A stretch of 61,946 nucleotides of DNA from Planctomycetota bacterium. GTDB lineage: Bacteria > Planctomycetota > Planctomycetia > Pirellulales > Pirellulaceae. Location: positions 1 to 61,946 of the forward strand of contig JACTND010000235.1 in NCBI GenBank assembly GCA_014584305.1, written 5' to 3'. The translations under genes and the position numbers were made by a program. This document shows positions 36,299 through 45,300 of this stretch, piece after piece (the stretch's first letter is position 1; every line of letters starts with the position of its first letter). Under the pieces are notes generated by a model that saw only the letters and a list, made by a program, of their open reading frames with translations, had not been told where the DNA came from and did not search any database.

Positions 36299-36664
36299 TT
36301 ACCAGCGTCGACTTTTGCGACAGCAGGTGATCGAACAAAACAATTCTCCCATGTAACCGTACGTCTCATCCCCCACCCCCATCGGATAACCGCAGAATCC
36401 GCAGTTGCCCTCCTCGGTGATGTGGTTGATGCGGTACTTCTCCGGAAGCGGACCAGGGTCCGAACCGGTGATTGCCTGAAGCCAGTCGCGAACCGCGAGC
36501 GAATCAGTCAATCCAATTTCCCTCACGTTGCGAATCCGCTTTTGCGAAATCCCCAAGCGAAAAGAAAGTCCTTCAATGGTCACATGGTGCTTTCGCATCA
36601 GTCGTACCACGTCAGGGCCCGTGAACTTTGGAGACATGTTACTCAGGTTGCTTAGATCTGACAT
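36299..36664 (-). CDS. hypothetical protein with C-terminal Cys-rich (zinc-finger-like) segment
   Basis: Start placed at the ATG at 36664, preceded by GGAGG (ORF-track start is 36694). CGFCGYP...CSITCC. Confidence 0.5.
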   Translation of the reverse strand: MSDLSNLSNMSPKFTGPDVVRLMRKHHVTIEGLSFRLGISQKRIRNVREIGLTDSLAVRDWLQAITGSDPGPLPEKYRINHITEEGNCGFCGYPMGVGDETYGYMGELFCSITCCRKSRRW

Positions 36665-36675
36665 AACGCCTCCTT

Positions 36676-37068
36676 TCAAACGCAGAGATGGCAAGAACCG
36701 TGTTCCGCAGCCGTCTGAAAACGAATTGCCGGAACCTTTGCCAAAAGCTGCGAGTCGAATTCGTTGGCGTTAATCTGTTGGATCAGCGCCAATGCGCGAT
36801 CTTCGCTGCACCACGAGAACGTGATCGTCTCGACTTGAACGAGCAGATCGGACCGAGTGAAGGAACGAAGTACGGCGTATTCCTGAGCGCCGTCAGGACC
36901 TGTTGCATCGTTTGTATAGACGTAAGTTCCCAAACGAAACGCGGTGCAACCTGTCCAGGTTTGCTGAGTCAGCTTGTAAGCCAACGCCTCGGCCACAGCC
37001 ACATCAACGACTGACCAAAAGCGACTCCTATGCAACATGGGCCACCTCCTCGGATACGACGGACTCAA
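36676..37068 (-). CDS. hypothetical protein
   Basis: 130-aa ORF; a more likely start is the ATG at 37038 (MLHRSRFWSV...). Overlaps the ardC stop. No motif recognised. Confidence 0.45.
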   Translation of the reverse strand: MSPSYPRRWPMLHRSRFWSVVDVAVAEALAYKLTQQTWTGCTAFRLGTYVYTNDATGPDGAQEYAVLRSFTRSDLLVQVETITFSWCSEDRALALIQQINANEFDSQLLAKVPAIRFQTAAEHGSCHLCV

Positions 37069-37873
37069 GTTCCGTGATGATCTTGGCGGAGATGTCGCGA
37101 ATCAGCTCAAGCGATTGTGCCAAGAGCGGCAGATCCCCGTTCCAAAGTTGGATGTAATCGGACGAGGATTTCGTCGCGGGCAATCCAACCGAACGGCAGA
37201 CCACAAAAGCCACCGCCTCGGCTTCCGTTTCGCGCATGGCCTTGGTCGTTTCCGACCGACGGTCACCGCGATGCAAAAGCTCATGAGCCAATTCGTGGGC
37301 CAAAACGGAAAACGTTTGGGCCTTGGGCAATTCAGCCAGGATGGAGATTCGGTTGCCGTGGGACAATCCGAATGCACCACCCAGATCGGTCGCATAGTTC
37401 AACTCGATTCCCTTGCCGCGAATGATGGCCTCCAGCCGCTCGACTTTGTCGCCGGGATCACCCTCGACAGAAGAAAGCGTTGGAAGCTCAGCTCCATCGG
37501 TTTGGGAAACATCGAACACGCAGACGACTTTGAAGCCCTTGATATAAGGAGCTTCGCGGTCGTCCGGTTCCTCATCTTGACTTGCGGCCTGGTCCTTCTT
37601 CTTGGAACGAACCATCAGGGGGGCCAAAATGCCAATCCCCTTTTCGCCCTTCTTCACGAAGCGATTCAGTTCTTTCCAGCGATTAAAACCAGCCACCATC
37701 GTGGCATTCGGAAACTGCAAGGCGATGAGCATGCAGTTGCCGAACGAGTACTTGTGAAACCGGGAGCAAAAGTCCAGGTACTTCACCAGCTCATCGCTGC
37801 GGCCATTTTGCAACGCTTCGGCAAGTTCCTTCAGCGCTGCGTCACTCTTTTTGAGAGCTTCATCTCGATTCAT
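37028..37873 (-). CDS. ardC: ArdC-like antirestriction protein (ssDNA-binding N-domain plus zincin metalloprotease)
   Basis: FHKYSFGNCMLIALQFPNATMVAGFNRWKELNRFVKKGEKGIGILAP (DUF1738-like) and HELAHELLH. Start placed at the ATG at 37873, preceded by GGAGGA (ORF-track start is 37966). Confidence 0.8.
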   Translation of the reverse strand: MNRDEALKKSDAALKELAEALQNGRSDELVKYLDFCSRFHKYSFGNCMLIALQFPNATMVAGFNRWKELNRFVKKGEKGIGILAPLMVRSKKKDQAASQDEEPDDREAPYIKGFKVVCVFDVSQTDGAELPTLSSVEGDPGDKVERLEAIIRGKGIELNYATDLGGAFGLSHGNRISILAELPKAQTFSVLAHELAHELLHRGDRRSETTKAMRETEAEAVAFVVCRSVGLPATKSSSDYIQLWNGDLPLLAQSLELIRDISAKIITELESVVSEEVAHVA

Positions 37874-37956
37874 ACAATCCTCCTTGGTACGAGCCGACTG
37901 TCTCGACCTTGAAAGGGGGTAAAAGAAGAAAACCCGTCGGCGGTCAGATCGCGACC

Positions 37957-38048
37957 AACGCGGCAAGTCAATGTGGAGCCTCGCCTGAGAAGGCGAGCAG
38001 CAGCCGCTACGACCCAGAGATGGGAGCGGCGGACATTGACGCCGCGTT
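37957..38048 (-). ncRNA. structured element upstream of ardC (copy 2 of the radC-upstream element)
   Basis: Closing helix AACGCGGCaaGTCAATGT / ACATTGACgCCGCGTT. Shared core GTGGAGCCTCGCC..GGCGAGCAGCAGCCGCT. Ends 83 nt before the ardC ATG. Confidence 0.5.
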
Positions 38049-38405
38049 AAGCTCGGACAAGCCGATGACGGGAAGTAAAGAAAACCATTGGATGCACGCC
38101 ACTTGCCTCCGTTGGCAGCGGCTGCATTTCGGAGCCGGTCAACGGAAGCCAGTGGGGTTGTGTCTTCTACCCGACCAGATTGTCGAAAAAGGTGAGAGAC
38201 TGGTGATGCGTGCAGTCATTATTGGGAAAACCCCTTCTCACCAAGAAAAACTTCAACTTCGTTCGAAAGACACCCAGAGGGCAAGTCAATTTCGAAGCCA
38301 AGTTGAATCAAACGCCAATTGGCCAAATGCAATCGAGGGAAGTCATCGGGGACCATCAACCTTCGAATGCAAATGGAGAAAAGGCGCTAAATGTGGCAGA
38401 AGCCA

Positions 38406-38702
38406 CTACCGGGAACGAGGCGACTCACGCTTTCGCGAGCCGTTTTTGTTGCGTTCTCCATCTTCGGGTTCATCGCGATCGTTGGCATGCAGGAAAATCC
38501 AAGTGTGTGCCAGGTCGGCTACCTTGGAAACCAGCGGCAACTCATCGCGACTAAACGAGTTCGACGTCTCCCAACCCTCCTCGGTCTTGTAGATCCGAGT
38601 GATTTGGACGCTGAACCAGCTACCCGAGTCGTTTTCATTACGCCAGATCGCAGCTTTCACCCGACCCATGCGAATTTCGTGAACAGGACGATCCTGATTC
38701 AT
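38406..38702 (-). CDS. possible PC4/YdbC-like ssDNA-binding protein
   Basis: 98 aa. VKAAIWRNENDSGSWFSVQITRIYKTEEGWETSNSFSRDELPLVSKVADLAH matches my recollection of the bacterial PC4-like pattern (IW.N....G..y..v.i.r.Yk...G.W..t.sf...dL). Confidence 0.4.
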   Translation of the reverse strand: MNQDRPVHEIRMGRVKAAIWRNENDSGSWFSVQITRIYKTEEGWETSNSFSRDELPLVSKVADLAHTWIFLHANDRDEPEDGERNKNGSRKRESPRSR

Positions 38703-38988
38703 ACAGCACCATTTACCTTTCTATGGGCTAAAAGTCAGAACAAACCTTTTCACGCATCACCGTCTCTCTCGGTCAGTGCTGCCAATTGCGCGTTGGTGCA
38801 AGATTTGGCAACTACTCACCGGGGGAGATGTGGCGATTTCGTTTCGTGGCATCCGGAGCCTCAAAACGGTCGGAAAGCCGATCGTGCCACGATTTGGATC
38901 GCTAATCAAATGTGCGCGGTGCCGCCAATGTGGCTCGCCCCGGGTCAAGCACTAATCAAGATCAACGATGCGAAGGGAATGGTGATTT

Positions 38989-39480
38989 ATGGGAATCTTG
39001 TATCTGAGGAAGGCATCTGACCTTTTGGTTTCAGGCTGCCGCTGTGGGGACGGGCGAATCACCTATCCACCACAAATGGGTTGCCCGTGGTGCGGGTGCG
39101 GTTGGCTTTTTTCGTGCATCACGTGCCGCATAGCCTTTACGATTGCGGAGGCCGTCGAGCTTGATACGAGCTGGGAGGAGCTGGCTCGCCAGGATCTCTG
39201 GGGGTTTAAGGGCGTCAAAGCGTCGAAGAGTGAGTGCGCCCGCTGGGCGATGTCCATGCGGGCTTTACTTCGCGACATTTCCCTTGGCCCCTTGTATGTC
39301 ATCCTGGATGGTCGCGTTTTTCCCGTGACAGCACAGAACATCGAATTTCATGGAATTCGCACCAAGCACACGTTGGCCTCCATGCCGCAGGCAGCAGCGT
39401 TGCAAGACCCGTCCATACTCGATCGCGTACTTCGCAACCCATCGTACTGGGACTCCGAGCTCGCCAAGAGTTATGGCTGA
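38989..39480 (+). CDS. hypothetical Cys-rich protein
   Basis: 163 aa. CRCGDG...CPWCGCGWLFSCITC N-terminal cluster. Composition is consistent with a real gene. Confidence 0.5.
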   Translation: MGILYLRKASDLLVSGCRCGDGRITYPPQMGCPWCGCGWLFSCITCRIAFTIAEAVELDTSWEELARQDLWGFKGVKASKSECARWAMSMRALLRDISLGPLYVILDGRVFPVTAQNIEFHGIRTKHTLASMPQAAALQDPSILDRVLRNPSYWDSELAKSYG

Positions 39481-39486
39481 GACGCG

Positions 39487-39561
39487 ATTGCCAACAGGTC
39501 ACATGGCGGGTAGCGCCCGCCTTTAGGGGCTTGGTACCGGTGGAGCCCCGCTATTGGCAAT
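39487..39561. repeat. structured ~70-nt repeat, copy C
   Basis: ATTGCCAACAGGTCACATGGCGGGTAGCGCCCGCCTTTAGGGGCTTGGTACCGGTGGAGCCCCGCTATTGGCAAT. Lies between two convergent stops (39480 and 39576). Confidence 0.7.
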
Positions 39562-39575
39562 CTGGTGTGATCGAG

Positions 39576-41420
39576 TTAGCTCGATTCAAGATCCGGACGA
39601 CCTGCACCGTAAAGATAGAATCGCTCGACTCGTTTTGAGAAACGTCGCCATTCGTCGTTAACGAACGATGAGGGGCACTTGCCATCGAGGAACTCGTTAA
39701 ATTGGGTCCAAATGTCTTGTGGCAGTTCGGCAAGCTCAGCAAGTCCCTTAATCCGAATTTGCCTGGACATAATGCTTTTAGGCAGTGTTGCCGCCACCCC
39801 AAGCTCAAAGATGGCGCGCGTCGATTTCGGTTCTTGGCAGAGGAACTCTTGCACTTGTGTACAGGTGTCCTCCAGCCAACGCATGGCAGTTTGGGACGCC
39901 GCCTCAAGCGCGGGCAAATCTTCTGAGGTCAATTTGCTCGAAGTGTAAAAGAGCCTTGAAATAACATCGTGTTCGAAACTAGGCCATTCTCGGTAATCAG
40001 TCACCAACTTTCCAAGTTGAATACGAGTGTGGCGAATCTCTTCACTCACCATAAACAGGGAGCCGACTGCAAATCGTAGTGCATCTGAGTCGTACGGTGC
40101 AGCTTCAAAGTAATGGTTGAATGCGTCAACGTGGCATTGAGCCTCACCAAGCTCGCGGCCAATTCGAAAGGCCAGAAGCGGAATTCGATCGACTGGCTGC
40201 GTCGGGGTGGATGGATCAATAAACCTTCGCAGGTCGTGGCTCACCTCCAGCGCAGTGTCGTAACGACCGATTGGATTGGCTTGAACACATTTTAGGATGA
40301 CTAAATTGAGTTCATCGGGAACCGATGAGTCGTCCTTGGGCAAAACGGCCGCGACGATGGCACTGGTAAGGGCATCTTCAACACCATCGGGGTTGAAAAG
40401 TGATCGCCCGGTCAAGCACTCGTACAGCAAGGGTCCAAGAGCCCAAACATCGCTTCGGGCATCCATGTCCGGAACATTGCCGAGAATCGCGTCGGGGCTC
40501 TGGTGACCCAGGGTGCCTGCAACCTGTCCTTCCAAGTCAATCACTTGCTCGTCATCAACAGCAAATCCAAAATCCAAGACGACAGCACTGCCATCGTCGC
40601 GGACCATCACGTTCGCCGGTTTAACATCTCTGTGAATTAGGCCCTTGGTATGCGCGTGGAACAGCGCCTCAGCCACATCGGCAACGATCGATGCCGCAAT
40701 CTTCGGGTCAAGTGGTTGAGATTTCAGAATCGCCTTGAGGCTTTGCCCTTCGATCAGCACGGTTAGCAAACTTGAGCGTCCTTTCTCTTCGATCCAGCCA
40801 ACAAACCTTGGAAAAAACCGGCCGGAAAGTAGCTGGGCCGCATTTGCCTCGGCGCGAAGCAACTCGTTGTGCAAGGCGGCTCGTGCCTCGTTTCGTGTTC
40901 GAAATGGCGATTTGATTGCGACACGATGTCCTGTGGGCGATTTTCCTTCGAAGACGACTCCGAAAGCTCCAGCGCCAAGGCGCCGATTGATCAGGAAGTC
41001 GCCGCAGTGATCCCCAAGTGCAAACGGGTCATCCCGCCCGCGGAGCGATACCAAACTAAGGTCAAAGTCTTGAAACTCGTCCAGCGAAGGATTCTCGCCA
41101 CATTCAACTCGATCTGCGTACACGCCTTCCAATATTGACTTGCAGGTAGGCCCGTCGGGATCCACTTCGTTGGCAAACTTGAGAATCTGAGCCAATCGAC
41201 TGGTCCGCCAGTTGCAGAAATAGAGTTCAGCTCTGGCCAGATCGGAAATCAGCTCCGGCCTTTGTTCCTCGGGTGGCAACGAAGCATAAAACTCCTCCAC
41301 TCCGCTGATCTGGTTTGGAACCAGGCCAGCTTCGAACTGTGTAAGAACGTCTTTTTTCGACCGCGACATCGGAGACGGTGACTCCGCAACTGGGTATTCG
41401 AAATGGCATCCGATCGACAA
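39576..41420 (-). CDS. Ser/Thr protein kinase with ~300-aa uncharacterised C-terminal domain
   Basis: 614 aa. GAGAFGVVFEG...VAIK, HRDVKPANVMV, DFGFA, and activation-loop/APE-like regions. Confidence 0.8.
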   Translation of the reverse strand: MSIGCHFEYPVAESPSPMSRSKKDVLTQFEAGLVPNQISGVEEFYASLPPEEQRPELISDLARAELYFCNWRTSRLAQILKFANEVDPDGPTCKSILEGVYADRVECGENPSLDEFQDFDLSLVSLRGRDDPFALGDHCGDFLINRRLGAGAFGVVFEGKSPTGHRVAIKSPFRTRNEARAALHNELLRAEANAAQLLSGRFFPRFVGWIEEKGRSSLLTVLIEGQSLKAILKSQPLDPKIAASIVADVAEALFHAHTKGLIHRDVKPANVMVRDDGSAVVLDFGFAVDDEQVIDLEGQVAGTLGHQSPDAILGNVPDMDARSDVWALGPLLYECLTGRSLFNPDGVEDALTSAIVAAVLPKDDSSVPDELNLVILKCVQANPIGRYDTALEVSHDLRRFIDPSTPTQPVDRIPLLAFRIGRELGEAQCHVDAFNHYFEAAPYDSDALRFAVGSLFMVSEEIRHTRIQLGKLVTDYREWPSFEHDVISRLFYTSSKLTSEDLPALEAASQTAMRWLEDTCTQVQEFLCQEPKSTRAIFELGVAATLPKSIMSRQIRIKGLAELAELPQDIWTQFNEFLDGKCPSSFVNDEWRRFSKRVERFYLYGAGRPDLESS

Positions 41421-41908
41421 TGGTCGAATGAGAATATCGCCATTGTATCACCGAGTTAAGCAAACCGGTCCCAATCGGCATGGAGCCCAAGTTTCCAAGG
41501 TCGAACCCGCAAGGAAGGGCTGCCACGGATTATCGTTGACAATTCAATCGCGTTGATCCACCCTTTCCATTGCTTGGTGAAACGGAAGCGAGCTCTGCGG
41601 GGACGCAACGTGCCAGGGATAGCGAGCCGAAGCGTCGACTTGAAGGTTCTTCGATTCTGGCAGCCTCATTCGGCCAAGGGGTTGGGAACAATCTCCTCCT
41701 TGCCGCTTGAGCGTTTTGGGTCGGGATGATTTGAGTGGGCATAGATTGCAAGGCCTAAAGTTGCCAATCAGCCTGACGAGATGGCATTGAAACTCGGCAT
41801 CGATGGACCAAATGTCGGTTGCGGTCGCCGAGCACCTGAACCTAAATTTCTGAAGGTCCTCTCGAACCGCCGTCGAAAGCCACCCGTTTCAAAACTATTG
41901 CCAATTCA

Positions 41909-42262
41909 CTAATCCATAATGGGTGGCGGCTGTTTGCCGTATTTGGCTTCGTAAAGCTTTGCGTATTTCTCAGCCCGCTTGGGATCGCATTTGAAGCACT
42001 GCGATTCGGCTCGATTGTGTTCCTCGCACCAATCGCCCTTAGCCTTGAATTCCGCCGCTGCTTTGGCACTGCACATGCTGCATTCCTCTTCCGGGATTCC
42101 ATGCTCCTTGCACCACCAACCCGAATGATCGTCGACAGTCGAAACACTTTCATTCCCGGAAGGGCTTGTGGTATCCGGCTTCCCCGAACAGCCGCATAGA
42201 CCCAGAACGCCAACAAATCCCACAATCAGAATTGAGCACGACAACTTTCTTAACATTTTCAA
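41909..42262 (-). CDS. Cys-rich lipoprotein (putative metal chaperone) with two WC-x-EH...C-x2-C motifs
   Basis: 117 aa. Lipobox VLGLCGCSG. WWCKEHGIPEEECSMC and DWCEEHNRAESQCFKC. Lies downstream of the RND pump gene. Confidence 0.65.
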   Translation of the reverse strand: MKMLRKLSCSILIVGFVGVLGLCGCSGKPDTTSPSGNESVSTVDDHSGWWCKEHGIPEEECSMCSAKAAAEFKAKGDWCEEHNRAESQCFKCDPKRAEKYAKLYEAKYGKQPPPIMD

Positions 42263-42316
42263 TCTCCGAAAAAAAGTAAAACGCCGAATGAAATCAAGTC
42301 GGTCAATGACCGATCG

Positions 42317-45300
42317 TCATGTACATCCGGCGGAGGACACGATCTTTGGACCGTGCTGGAGTTCATCGGTAGCAACATTGCTGCCGATAGTCCCCGCAAA
42401 AACCATGTATAGGACTCGCAAAACGAGCAAGGACATCAGCATTGCGCTGATCACTCCACCAATCACGACCGTTGCCAGCGGCCGCTGAACTTCCGAGCCC
42501 ATGCTGGTGTTGAAAGCCATTGGAATGAACCCGACGGCGGCCACCAAAGTGGTCATCAACACGGGGCGAAGACGGACGATGGCAGCCGTCTCAACGGCCT
42601 GCTCCAGTTCCATTCCGCGTTTTCTCAGCGATCGTATGGTCGAAACCAGCAGCATGTCGTCGAGTACGGCAACACCGGAGAGAGCGATAAAACCGATGGC
42701 CGCCGAGATCGAGAACGGCATGTCCCGCATCCAAAGCGCGATAATCCCGCCGGTCCAGGCAAACGGAATGCCTGTCGCCACCCGGAATGTGTCAACGAGG
42801 TTTCCATAAGTCATGTAGAGGAGCACGAAGATCAATGCGAGCGCCAGTGGCACGACAATCATCAGTCGCTGTTGCGCGCGGATCAAGTTCTCAAACTGAC
42901 CACCCCATTCAATGTGGTAACGTCCTCTTGGCAACTGAACCTCATTTTTAACTCTGGCTTGTGCCTCAGCGACAAAACTGCCAAGGTCCCGGCCGCGAAC
43001 ATTGGCCGAAATCGTGATTCGCCGGTATCCCCATTCGCGCGTGATGGTCGAAGGACCTTCGACGACGCGAATTTCTGCCAGGCGGCCAATTGGAATGCGA
43101 TCTCCGGCGGCCGAAATAATTTCAATGTTGCCGATGGAGCTTGGACTCTCCCGGTACGATTCAGACAATCTGACAATCAGGGGAAAGTGGATCTGCCCTT
43201 CGAAGACTTGACCAACTTGGAAACTCCCAACCGATTCCACCAGATTGAGTACGTCCGTGGCTGATACTCCATATCTGGCGATTTCGTCCTGCCTGATTCG
43301 GATTTGAACCACGGGTTGGCCCGTGATCTGTTCGACATTGACGTCGGCATTCCCGGGAATGGACTTCAATACCCGTTCTATATCCCTCGCTTTTTCTTCC
43401 AGTATCCCGAAGTCATCACCAAACAGCTTGACGCCGACATCGGAGCGGACACCACTGATCATTTCATTCAGCCGCATTTCGATCGGCTGGGTCATGGCAA
43501 TCCGTTGGCCGGGCAATTCTCTAAGTGCCTTGTGAACCAGCACGGTCAAATCGTCTTGAGTCTTTGCGCGTTTCCATTGGGCGCGCGGTTTGAGCGTGAT
43601 AAATATGTCCGTCAACTCAATTCCCATCGGATCCGTGGCAACCTCGGCGCTTCCGATGCGGCTCCAGGCATGGTCGACTTCATCCGGAAACGTTCTGAGA
43701 ATCGTACGCTCCATTTCGGTATTTAGCCTGATTGATTCGCTCAAATCCGTGCCGGCCAAACGCACCACATTGATGGCGAGTGCTCCCTCCGAGAGCTTCG
43801 GGACAAATTCCGAACCGAGGTGAGGGGCAATCATCCCAAAGGAATACGCCAGAACCGTTCCGGCGAGGCAAATCACAGCAAACTTGTATTGGATGGTCAA
43901 TCTCAGGATTGGCAAATACAGCCATTTAGCCACGCGCAGCAGGACCGGCTCCTCATGTTCCATCCGGCGCGGAAGAAGATAGCTGGCCAGTACGGGCATC
44001 AACGTCACTGACATGAGCATTGATCCAGCCAAAGCAAAGATTACGGTAAGCGCCATCGGGCGGAACAGTTTGCCTTCGATACCTTCCAGGGTCAGGATGG
44101 GCAAGTAAACGATCATGATGATCAATTCGCCAAACATCGTGGGCTTCCGGACTTCTACGGCGGCGTCCCGGATAATCTCCAATCTTGTCTTGTCCGGTGA
44201 TGCACCCAATGACAAACGACGAACACAGTTTTCAACCATCACGACGGAACTGTCGACAACAAGTCCAAAGTCAATCGCGCCCAGGCTCAACAGACTCGCC
44301 GCAATTCCAACCTTGAGCATTCCGGAGAAAGCGAAAAGCATCGATAAAGGTATCGCCAGCGCAACAATCAGGCCTGCGCGAAAGTTTCCCAGAAACATGA
44401 ACAGTACGGCAACGACCAATAACCCCCCTTCAAACAGGTTGCGCTGCACGGTATCGATGACATGGTCAATCAGCTCAGTCCGGTCGTAAACCGTTACAAT
44501 TTCCATCCCGGGAGGAAGATTTCCAGACGCCTCGGCAAGTTTTTCTTTCAGTTCGCGGGTCACGTGATGGCTGTTTTCGCCCATCAACATGAATCCCAGT
44601 CCGTAAACCACTTCTCCGCGCCCATCCGCCGTCACCGCGCCGCGCCGAATTTCGTGACCGATCTGGACGTCCGCAACATCGCGGATGCGAATCGGCGACC
44701 CATCAATAGCCTTGATCACAATGTTCCGAATTTCATCGATTGTCGCCGGTCGCCCAAGGCCGTGAATCAACAGGGCCTCGGTATTTTGCGAAATACTCCC
44801 GCCCCCGACATTCCGATTGTTTGCCCTCAGCGCATCGACAACCTCGTCAAAAGCAAGTTGGTGCTTCAGGAGCTTGTTTGGATCGAGCCGGACTTGAAAC
44901 TGCTTCTCGAAGCCGCCCCAGGAGTTGATTTCCGCGGTGCCGGGCACCGTCCTCATTTGCGGTTTGACGATCCAGTCGTGGACCGTTCGCAGTTCAGTCA
45001 ACTTCTCCTGCGCTTGATCCAGGGAGAGGGTCGTGAGATCGACATCTTTCAGTCTCATTACATAATGAAAGACTTCTCCCAGGCCGGTCGAGACGGGACC
45101 GAGGCGCGGGCGCTCAATTCCTTCGGGTAATTCCAAAGCTGCAAGGCGTTCGTTGACGAGTTGCCGCGCAAAGTAAATGTCCATCCCATCTTCGAACGTC
45201 ACTACAACCTGTGAAAGCCCAAATTTGGAAATGGATCTCATGGCGTGCAGTCTCGGAAGTCCTCCGATTACCTGCTCGACCGGAAACGTGATCTGTCGTT

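Larger units (their letters stand above)
12852..41420. mobile_element. tRNA-Phe-associated composite genomic island (degraded integrative mobilisable/conjugative element with defence cargo); right boundary not defined
   Basis: Gene content: integrase next to the tRNA 3' end, excisionase, T4CP, relaxase-helicase remnant, second recombinase, ArdC/RadC block and defence genes. I found no second copy of the tRNA 3' end (attR) by eye, so the right end is a guess placed at the kinase gene. Confidence 0.5.

Noticed and set aside
37037-37912. 291-aa plus-strand ORF opposite ardC
   Set aside because: The minus frame carries the ArdC ssDNA-binding and HExxH motifs, so the plus frame is a shadow.
31798-39561. 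The three-helix repeats as hammerhead/twister/HDV-type ribozymes, or as classical integron attC sites
   Set aside because: No CUGAUGA…GAAA hammerhead core or any other ribozyme consensus I know is present on either strand. The ends (GCCAAC… / …ATTGGC) only partly resemble RYYYAAC/GTTRRRY. The neighbouring recombinase lacks IntI features, and the spacing (1.5 kb and 6.2 kb, with multi-gene content) is not cassette-like. An attC-like role is kept only as a weak alternative in the findings.
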